Positions 51,287-64,000 of a stretch of 64,000 nt of DNA are shown piece by piece. Position numbers and translations under genes: made by a program. The notes under the pieces are model-generated. The model worked only from the letters and a program-made list of their open reading frames with translations. It did no database searches and had not been told where the DNA came from. Positions within the stretch are counted from its first letter, which is position 1. Each line of letters begins with the position of its first letter. This stretch comes from Takakia lepidozioides (lineage: Eukaryota; Plantae; Bryophyta): positions 94,736,001-94,800,000 of the forward strand of contig CM060731.1 in assembly GCA_030704615.1 (NCBI GenBank). The letters run 5' to 3'.

Positions 51287-51600
51287 TCATTTGCTTTCAG
51301 GTCTCCAAAGCCCCATCCCACGCTCAGGCTCTACACACCCTGCAAGCATCGTGTTCCACGACACCACTTCTCGTTCAGCCATAGTGTTGAACACTCCCTT
51401 GGCATCCTCAATGCACCCACATTTGGCATACATGTCCACCAGGGCAGGGTTCAGAATGACATCTGGTACAAATCCAGCTTTGACAATGTCACCATGGACC
51501 TCTTTCCCCTTTTCCAAAGCTCCCAGCCTTGCACATGCATTGCAAACACAAACAAACGCGATGTGGTTGGGCTTCACCCTTCGCACAGCAGTTGCTCACC
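51287..51600 (-). pseudogene. PLS-class PPR fragment
   Basis: VKPNHIAFVCVCNACARLGALEKGKEVH..ALVDMYAKCGCIEDA..VVSWNTMLAG. Confidence 0.8.
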
Positions 51601-53349
51601 AGACTGATTTAATGTAAACTCAGGGCAGGGATCCTACCTTTGAATAGCAAACAGAAGCAGAGAGGAAAGGGAAAGTGCAATTGCACCCAACTCAACTAAT
51701 CACACTAGTTCCTACGGTCAATTGCATCTGCTACTCTCTGTAATCTGACAGGCATTCACCTTTTTGCCTCGGTTGTCCCACCATTTACTGGGGTCAGAAG
51801 AGTATTCATCCCACAGCTTCTCCTCGTCTCTATTACCTGTTTCTGGATACTTTCTAGTTGTCACGTTGGCAGTATCATGTCAAAGTCACTCCAATCTATC
51901 AAAGATCCACTCAACCAGCTAACTTGCAAAATTCAACATGAAAATTTAGGGCCGAAAAACAGGGCATCTTGAAATGTGTTGAACAAGGTACCTTGATTAG
52001 CAGTGTCTGATTTTATCAATTGTGCCGCTGCTTCTGCAGCTTCCAGTTGACCATCTACCCATCCAGGGACACAAGAACTACATGAAAAAATGTACACCCT
52101 TGGCACTGAAGAAGATGTACTCAGGAGTTGTTGTTTGTCGTAGCCTTATGCGAACAAGAGGGAACAGACACTACCTTAGGCTCACTGGACTTACCTTGGT
52201 ATAAGCAATTGATTCGGGCTTTCCAGATTTCCCTTACAAATCCCTTCATACAAGCATCAATTGATGTCAGCAATTTGACCCTAGCTACTGGATCAAGGCA
52301 CACCCGAGAGAAGTTCGACGCAAGCCTGCCACACATCAACATGGTCCAAGCACAATCGGAAAGGAAAAGCAAAGAGACTCATGTAAAAGAGGTCGTTTTT
52401 CCAGAACAAGACTTGTCAAAAGGGGAGGACAATAGAGATGAATGCCTGGAGAATCATGGTAATAATCTGCAACAGCTCTCTACAAAACATATCCTCACCA
52501 TAGGAAGGGAAGATGGTGACAGTTCAATCAGCACTGGAAGTGAGAATGATGAAACTTCAAACAAATATGATGCAACAAATAAAAAGAAGCATGTAATTTG
52601 GGAAGCAGCGGCGACCACATAAACACAACTTCAGATATGGCATTTTGTGACAGAAGAGTGTGAAGCAACAAGGGAACATCTGTCACTGAAGTTTAGGGCA
52701 GCAAGTAAAGAGAGACATCAATGTGACATACTGGATGATTTACAGGCTATATTGTAGAATTCGACGGCTGGTCCTATCCATGGTTATTTGACAAGTGAAG
52801 AGAGAAGGTTGGTGCAAGAATGAACCAGCTATCACCAGAGGAAGGATGGATGCTTGATCTATAAAGGACTTGTGGTACTAAGGAAGACTGAAAGAGGATC
52901 AATTATAAAAAAAAATGTACACAAAGATGGGGCATTTTGGAGCAAGAAGAATCCAAACAGAAATATATGTGCGGGTATTCTGGCATAATCGAACTGAAAG
53001 GGGCAGGAAAGTAATATGTACCTTTGTGAACGATTTGGTGGAAACATTCAGATCTGTGGGGACGAAACCTCAAAAGCATGTGAAACTGTGACATGTTCCA
53101 CCGAGCACCACTGTACACGACAGAGCCTATGCCCATTATGTAAACATGAAACAAATATGCACTTATTGTAACAGATCGCTTCTCTGATTTGGTGGAAACT
53201 GAGCCAGTAAAGGATCATGTGGCAAAGAGGGCAGCTCACCTCTCAGAAGAAGAAATCATCTCTCAATATGGTGTGCCAAAGATGGTGCAAAACAGGCTCA
53301 AATAGGTTGAAGAAGAAAGTTCCCTTTGCTTACTTTTCCAGGACTGCCG

Positions 53350-53470
53350 GGCTCACATTTGGCATACATGTCCACTAGGGCAGTGTTCAGCATGACATCT
53401 ACTACAATTCCAGCTTTGACAATATAACCATGGACCTATGCGCCCCTTTTTAGGGCTGCCAGGCTCATAT
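53350..53470 (-). pseudogene. PPR fragment
   Basis: VHGYIVKAGIVVDVMLNTALVDMYAKC, similar to 51420-51500. Confidence 0.65.
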
Positions 53471-54529
53471 TCATAAGATAGCCTGCATTCTATTGATTCA
53501 GCTTTCCCTACATTCAGATAACATACTCAAGAGCTTCAAACCCAATTTCTGTACTTCCAAAGCCTTCCTGAAATCAGATCCTAATATCAATCGACCTAGT
53601 CTGACTTAAGTACATGTCAACAAGGTACAAGCTAACTTGCAGACTTCAACATGGAAAACTAGGGACGACTCGATAAGAAGGAAAACATGAGTTGAAGAGG
53701 AAGGTGCCCTCACCACATTGTCCTTGGCCTTGTGACATGAAAACAACTAGCTTTTCTCAAAATCTAAAGTCTGCAAAGGCCAAGGGAAAACAAGCAAATT
53801 CGTAGTTCAAACTTCTATTCATGTTTAAGTAGATTCTTTCTAGAGACCTGCTGGTTGACAATAGCTCCACCATGCTTCTATCATGGTCTGTATTTTTTTT
53901 CTTTATATCTAGATCTACCATTTCCCTTTCCTTTCCAGATGGGTTTTCAAGAGATTCATATACTCAAGAATGATCCAGATTGTGTGAAGCTGTGTAGATG
54001 CGTTCAGCTTATGCGGTGTACAAGTTTTAGCTACAACTCTGTCCTAACTTAGACTTGCAACAATGTGGATTACGTTTACAAAAGCAGATCTACAAGTAAT
54101 TTTCTTTCCCAAACGGCTATATATTGCTAAACGTCTTACAGCAATAGTCCTGAAACCTACACGGCTTGAAGGAACAGAACTTGGGGTAGTTCCAATGTCC
54201 ATGGGATAACTCAACCATCTTCACACTAGCACCAGAGCCCTTCCTTCTAGAAATGCAGTATCTCGGCGAGCAACAACACAAATTTCAAGTTTCCTTCTAG
54301 AAATGCATCTCGAGCACAACACAAATTTCAATGTGTCTCCATTTTTAAGTGTCAGGGTCCTCACTGACCACTCTCACCGGCTGAACACTCACTGCTGGTA
54401 TGAAAGTTTTCAAGTCACGTCTACTTCTTACAGTCTTTTCCCGCTCCATCTTTTAGTTTGTAACTGCATTTAGTTTCTCTTCCAGGATCATAAGATATAC
54501 CCAACAGGTACAACGTATAAATTCCACAT

Positions 54530-54815
54530 TCGTTTCTGCTCCACAGCTCCTTGATAATGTCTGCAGGGATATCTTCACCACTTTCCAGGTCTGAAAAGCT
54601 GGCACACGCATTTAGAACACAAGTGAACGAGATCTTATCAGGTTTCAACCCCCCTAGTCTCACTTGTTTGCAGATCTTCAAGGTCTCCTTGCCAGATCTG
54701 TGCTTGGCATACCCTGCCATCATTATATCCCATGTAGACACATCTCGTTCAGGTGTCTCATCAACCACTTGTCGTGCTTCTATAATGCTCCAACATTTGG
54801 CATCCATGTCCATGA
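54530..54815 (-). pseudogene. PLS-class PPR fragment
   Basis: MDMDAKCWSIIEARQVVDETPERDVSTWDIMMAGYAKH..LKPDKISFTCVLNACAS. Confidence 0.75.
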
Positions 54816-55084
54816 GGGAGCTCCCCACGACTCCCACCACAAGGCCACAGCCCTGTGGTGAGTCCTATGCCACCCCCGCTACGACTCCCTAAGCCCACCA
54901 CCCCACGTGGAGGCCCCCCACCGCAACCCGGTTTGCGGGGCTCCACCTAGTGAGCACCTCCGCCTCCTTGAGTGCCTTTGGCACTCAAAGGTGTTTCAGC
55001 CCCCATTCCTACTGCTACCGCTTCCCCTACCATAGGGGCAGCCCCTCTTATGTCCCAACCCCCTGCCCTGAAGGCAAAGGGTCG

Positions 55085-56300
55085 CGACAGATTTCCTCAG
55101 GGAACGGTCTGGAGGCAAGGGGCCTGATATGACTGAATTGATGTTGAGGGTTGTGACCAGATTGGGGGACTCGACAAAGATGGCGAAGGCGGTGAACATG
55201 TACACTATGGGTTCACCTTTGTCATCCAAGCTTCCCCATTTGGAAGGTGAGGAGAGGTTTGGTTCATGCAAACGGAAGCTCAATACCCCTCCTGATTTAG
55301 ATGGAAATTCTCATCGCCCCGACAGAGATAATTTCTCTATCACTTGAGTCTCTTCACTCCAGTGTCGTCTTCTAACACATATGCTATTGGATCCTCTTCT
55401 TGCCAAAACCTTCCTTCGTCTTTGACCACTGCACGTCCATGCCGCCTGGAGGACATGAGGTCGGCTATGTAGGAGTCCGTCTGTAGTGACTCTGCATGGC
55501 ACATAGAACGCACTGCAGTTGGGTCGGGAGTGATATGTAGAACAATCCGGGTGAATACTTTAGTCAAATGCACCTAAAAGATCATCAAGGCTCTGGTGGC
55601 ACTCCCGCTCCTACGTTCACAGGGTTGTTTCGATCATATGTGACAAGGGAGTCCAAGGTTCACAATTCTGGTTCTGCCCAGATGATGGTACACGAGGTGT
55701 GCATGGAACGGTGCGCGATTCCATGATAATGAAGCCTCCCCCACCTAACATTTGGCCAGTGAAGGTAGGAACTTCCTCTCATCATTGGAGATTGGCATAT
55801 TGGAGGACGTTGGGTTTTGTTTTGCACGTTCTCTAGTTCTGCCTAGACCTAGCCCAGATACCACTTTGTCTTGTGTTGCTCGAGTGTCTCCTGTCGGGCC
55901 AATTTGCATCCTCATGCAGAGGAATGGAAAGACGGTGAGGGCGTCGTGTCCCTTCAGGTGCAGATCACGACTGCAAGGTAGAGTCAGTAAAAAAAATTTA
56001 GGCGCGGGTGATAGGTATCGTGGAAGCTCTTCTCCCCGACTATGGTAGGTATATACATTGGTCACTTACAGTTCTGTCCTTCATGATAGGGCATACGAGG
56101 TTAAGGCCAATTTTCCAAATTGCACCTATCCAAATTTCGTAAGCATGCGTGAGGGCAGTATGGGGAAGACAGGGAAGTGGGTCTCTGGCAAACATCTCTA
56201 CTACATCATTTTGCATAGGATGCATTATGACCCAAAAAAAATCACTTCATTCACCAGGCCACGCTTGGTTTTAGCGAAATTGATACTCTTTTGCAGTGTG
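55085..56300 (+). pseudogene. Third, more diverged MULE transposase remnant (C-terminal region + SWIM)
   Basis: FLRERSGGKGPDMTELMLR..HLEGEERFG..SHRPD matches FLKG..GLGPDRQEMLMR..HLEGDVH..SWRAD in copy 1. Degenerate SWIM CTYPNF..KHLYYI. Confidence 0.7.
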
Positions 56301-57009
56301 ACAGCTCACAAACATATTGAATAGTAGCCTATATAGTCTTCGGAAGCATGTCCCTGCAGGTTGACGAGATTGCAAACTGTCATCGATGCTGAGTGCAACT
56401 ATAAAAATTAGACATTTCAATGTCTTCCATCCAAACCTTTGTGGGTGGCTTCAATCCAATTCATGCTATGCTTGTTCATATCTTTCAAGTCATTACATCC
56501 TCTAATTATGTCTTTCTTGTATGTCCTACTTATCCATCCGCATTTTCAAGAACCCATTGCAAACCTTTGGCCTATTTGTTTCCGCTCATTATGGTCATTT
56601 TCCAATGGTAATAGGTCATCCTCGTCCTATCCTCGGCTATAGGGCCTGCTTCTCCTGCTCCACCCACCTGCACTCCCGCTTAGTGGGTAAGGCGTGAGCT
56701 AGGCCCACAGCTACACTGTGTGATCATATTAATAGAAAGTTGGTCAGATTATAAGCAATAGGAAAACCATGAACAGACTGACCATGGTGTAGGAGGTCAT
56801 TGCGAACTAGCCATTGATTGCATGTTGGAAATACAACCACAGTTCGCTGCTGGGTTTAGATCAACAGAGAACGGATACAAGGCCGTGGTGTTGGTGGCGG
56901 TGGATGCCCATTTGTTAATCTATGAGATGGTTGGGCTAGGGCTGTCCAATGTACGATAAAAAATGGATGCGGTGCAGATCCCTGTTTGAGCACCACTCAA
57001 ATACCCAAC

Positions 57010-58156
57010 AACTCACTCACATTACATAGATGGCTCTCACACGGACTCCCATGCGGGCTATGGCATCGCCAATATTGCAAAATTATCTTCTCACCAAACT
57101 ACCAGACCCCTCACAATACTTGGAGCCGAGCTCATGGCCATCTATGAAGCAATCTCCCAACTCACTGAATTCACACCCCCACACTATATATTTACAGATA
57201 ATCTAACCTCACTCTTCCTCCTTTCAAATCACATAGCGGACCCCCCCTCCGATATAACCACCAGACAGATTACTCATCACTACCATCTTGACAATGCAAC
57301 GGCCATCCACTCCCCTGTTCATTTCCACAAAGTCCGCTCACATATAGGTATTCTCTGGTAATGAAGAGGTGGACCCACTTGCCCAGGAGGGGCGTCCCTA
57401 CCCGATCGCCCTTGCCAATTACCCCATCCACATAGCACATACTCACCATTTCTAGATTCCCACTAAAAGAACACCCACACGAAATGCATGGCCCGTCCGG
57501 AATCTTGACTAATATTTCAACAAGAAAAAAGCCCAACAAGCAGCCGCGAAGTCCCTAGCCCATTTGAAGAGACGCATACAAAAGTGGACCAAATCTAACG
57601 CATTTAATTAATCGTAAGCTATTGAACTACTTCTGGACAACCAATGTAGCCACAGATAAATCCGTCAAACCCTCCACTTCCGCTACGCCCAATATATGAG
57701 CAAGCAGTGCAAGCATATCGTATGCCCCACTCTATACCCCTCCCCTTATTGTCGACTTTATCCAACCGCTCCCCCAATCCGGTACACTTGACCACACTTA
57801 CTAAGCCAATGCACACACCCCCATCATTGCACACGCGCAAGCCAGCAGTTTGGCAGCTACACCGTCTACTATCACAACACTCAGACACCCGTTTGTTCAC
57901 GCTTATCAATGCAGGTCGGCCCCAATATCGCACCGTCCCCCATTGGCTCCTACCTTGTTCCTGTCCACTCCTCCATTGTTCCTGGCCAGCGCGACTCTGC
58001 CCAGACATACCAAGGGCCTACCCATCTCCTCTAAACCCCCCACCACACCCACTAAGCGTGCTGACAATTCACTTTGTAGAATTCACCTGCTGCCATGACA
58101 AATCCCCAGAACAAGCCATCCTCACCAAGAGAGAAAAATGCGCGCTGCTTCACTGA
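57010..58156 (+). mobile_element. LINE remnant: RNase H plus C-terminal restriction-like endonuclease; same family as 5770-7432
   Basis: HYIDGSHTDSHAGYG (near-identical to 7375-7425), GAELMAI, IFTDNL, KVRSHIGI.GNE.VD. Later PDI...IHFVEFTCCHD..AILTKREK (PD..E.K-like). Confidence 0.75.
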
Positions 58157-59156
58157 TGCCTAGTCACGGTCTCCTACTACAGGATGAGTGTTACTTGGGG
58201 AAGGTACGACAGTATCCAACTGGTTCTGGCACTAATGTATAGTCTCCTACTAAAAGGAGCCAATAAAAAGGTGGCCATTTGCAGTGGGTGAAGGCCTTTA
58301 AGGTAACTAACACCCATGTGGTGAATCAGTGTTCACTAAAGCATCCAGAAGGTGGAGTCTGCTGGCTGGACATAGGTATGAGACCGAAGATCACAAATTT
58401 CTCAAGGAGGAAGCCACCTTGACCAACCTTGCAAAATGTGAGAACCACAACTGTCAGCAATCTGCAGTGGCTCAAAGATAACTAATCTAAATTCCACTGA
58501 TGGACAGAGAAGAAGTTTACAAGTATGCACAAGCCTCCATAACAGGGTCCCAAAAGTACAATACATAAAGCCTGATAAGTGGGTAACAGTTAAACTCATC
58601 ATGACAATAGTTCCAACACACATGCTAGAAAGAAGGTCTGAAGAGACATCATGGTGGTCTTTCCAATCAAAAAACTAATTACAGTTCCTTAGAGCAGCCT
58701 CAAGCTAACTAAGCATCCCACTACCCACGATTCTACAATCAAGATGTTACGCAATCACAGTACTGCACAGGGACATGCTATTCTCAGCATGTCATCCTTC
58801 AATATGAGAGTGTGGGGAGAGAGTACTTAAAAAAAGAACATGGCAGAACATAGAACAAAGAATTAGCTAGTGACCTCATACAATCAAGAGCAGTATTCAA
58901 GGTTGTCTGGCCTCCCCTAGTGCAACCTTCTACATTTTGTCAGTTGCTGAAACGAAATCCCACAACACATTGGAGGTTAGTCCAAGGCATTGGTAGCAGA
59001 TCCCTGGAAGCAGTTCCACAACCACCAGCAAGCGCATGAAAGCCCCCACTATAATTTTTGACGTCCTTGCTGCCAACCCACAGCTTCGAAACCACACGTG
59101 ACAGTTGGATTGCAACAATCCCTACACCTCCAATCCTCCGACCATTCAAGTAAAAT

Positions 59157-61969
<2,813 letters not shown>

Positions 61970-62571
61970 GACGTTGGTCGTACCTCAAATGCGGATCTGA
62001 TTGAGGATGATCGTGCAATGTGTCCACACCTGCCACTTCTCCCTCCTGGAAAATCTGATTTCTTGTGCCGCCAAACCTATCCCTCTGCACACGCACATAT
62101 GGATCAACACGTCGAGAAGAGCAGGCAGCAACATAGCGGGGAAGCCGACCAACGATAATGTCAGGACTACAAGTAGGGGAGGAGAAGAAAATGTTGCACC
62201 CGTGACAAGATAAAAGCACTGGAGTCCTACCCTAACCCCACGCATGCTCTACAATGGTACGTACACCCACCCGCCCCGCGTAGCCGCCACACTCCTTCCA
62301 ATAATTTGTCCTCCTACTTCCTCAGATCGTGAAAAGACGGCTTGAAGAATTCACAACGCAGTGACAGCAGAACGCGCACAAGTCGGGGATAGCAGCAAGA
62401 GGCCGCCCAGGAAATGGCAGCGTGGTGCGGGTCAAGCAGCGAGGTCGGCAGGCAGCAGCTAGGGTGCAGCCCGTGCTTGCCTCTCCTCTTCATCCATCGC
62501 ACTTCCATCCTCATTCTCATCGGTAGACGCAGGCGGCGTATAGAATCGCCTAGAAATTTCCTTTGTTAAAA

Positions 62572-64000
62572 TCGTAAAAACCTACGGGATTTTTCCCTTT
62601 GTATTTGTAGGGACCTTATTTGACAGAATATCACGTCAACAGCTGGTAGGGGCATTACGGCGTGTGGGCTGGGGATCTTATGCGTAATGTCCCGTGGGAT
62701 ATTACTAGTGTTGGGAGGGTATTGGGTACCGAGAGGGTATTAACACAGGTATCAATGTGGGTATGTGGACCCGAATCCGCAGGGTACATTGTTGGACAAT
62801 ACCAGGTTCATAACCTACCCGTCGGTTAAGTGCTCAGCTCATATTGATGCTGAGACCCGGACCCTTGGATAATGCTTCAGTGATATTGATATTTATGAGG
62901 GCTAAAAAAAACTAGATTTCTCACATATCAATATCAAGTGGCTAGACATGTCACATTTTAGTTTTTGATTCCCCATCGCTTCAAGGATTTAGCACCCCCT
63001 TAAAAAAATATTAAACCGAACTAATACTCAAACGTTGTCAAACATTGCCCAAATTTACACACCTTATCTTAAGAAATTCAAACTACTTAGAGTACTTAGG
63101 AATACTAACTAACTTTATAATTCTAGCCACCTAAAGAAGTACATTAGTATTAATATTAGTTAGTAGATAACATTTTGATTTTAATTAGTTAGTATTCCTC
63201 ATCACTTTGATAAGTTCGGATAAATTTTACATGGACAGGGCGCTCTTAAAAAATGGTTGAAGAATTTTTTTTTAACCCCGGCCCCGGGTTGATAATAGTA
63301 GGTTATCATCCATGTTTGATTGTTATTGATATGTTGTCTAATAATTTTGATAATGGGCTTGATTGATAACCCCCGGGTATGTAAAATCCTAAATAATTCT
63401 AGTATTAGTCTCCGGCGGGTATGTCCCACAACCTCACCCAGCCAATACCCGGAACCAGCGGGTCTTACAAAAGATAATAACCTCCCAACATTGGATATTA
63501 CGCCCTGTCATCTTTTCCTTTCGAAATTCATTTCCTTTATTTGATCCTAGGGATACGAGCCATTCACGCAAATCTTCAAGAGATCTCAGCCATCAGATCT
63601 CAACCATCCACCGCGGGAAAGATCCCTCTGTCTTTACGCAGGGAAAGTACCCCCGTCTTTATGCAGGGAAAGTACCCCCGCCTCGGGCCCACCTTGGTGC
63701 TCGGGTCCTAGTGCCTCTGTCTTTACGCAGGGAAAGTACCCTCGCCTCGGGCCCACCTTGGTGCTCGGGTCGTAGTGCCTCGGGCTACGCCCTCGGACTA
63801 CTCCCCTCACACCGCGGTACATCCTTGGAGGGGGGACTTTACCCTATACGTTACCTACCTTCTCAAACGGGAAGTTTTCATTGTGACAGGAGGAGGTATC
63901 ATCCGTAAGGCGTAAAAACCTACGGGTTTTTTCCCTTTGTATTTTCAGGGAGCTTACGTGACGGAATGTTAGGTCAAAGAGGGGACCTTACGCGTAAGAT
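62572..64000. repeat. Direct-repeated unit of about 540 bp once the MITE is removed (LTR-like or tandem), with internal subrepeats
   Basis: cgtaaaaacctacggg.tttttccctttgtattt occurs at about 62573 and 63911. Internal GTCTTTACGCAGGGAAAGTACCC repeats at 63625-63781. Confidence 0.55.
62706..63493. mobile_element. hAT-type MITE
   Basis: TIRs TAGTGTTGGGAGG / CCTCCCAACATTG, 8-bp TSD GATATTAC (62698-62705 and 63494-63501). Confidence 0.85.

Noticed and set aside
52022-52622. 164-aa ORF, and KKMYSGVVVC resembling GCM
   Set aside because: No further Cys/His pattern or recognisable domain.
54241-54330. Imperfect tandem duplication of about 45 bp
   Set aside because: Trivial local duplication or read-error artefact.

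Overview
Eukaryotic, intron-rich land-plant nuclear DNA; a non-seed plant such as a bryophyte is plausible but is only an inference. Host genes: a PQBP1-like WW-domain gene (-), an MSL1-like MscS channel (+), a beta-cyanoalanine-synthase-like cysteine synthase (-, one apparent frameshift), a RabE/Rab8 GTPase (-) and decayed PPR fragments. The first 19.5 kb is a nest of decayed mobile elements. It holds two copies of a large Mutator-like (MULE) element with a GCM-like Zn finger/DDE/SWIM transposase. The element carries an intron-containing gene that joins a ParB/Srx-like domain to an amino-(N6A/N4C) DNA-methyltransferase-like domain, a head-to-head pair of unknown paralogues, and arrays of a 24-bp palindrome, one of them phased at 53 bp. 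Between the copies lies a LINE with a PCIF1/CAPAM-like methyltransferase domain between RT and RNase H. A Ty3/Gypsy element (31476-40409) has a dUTPase-like domain, an extra 5' ORF and circularly permuted LTR termini that suggest integration through a 2-LTR circle. There are also two hAT MITEs, a tRNA-derived SINE and further MULE/LINE remnants. All domain calls come from motif recognition by eye, not from database searches.
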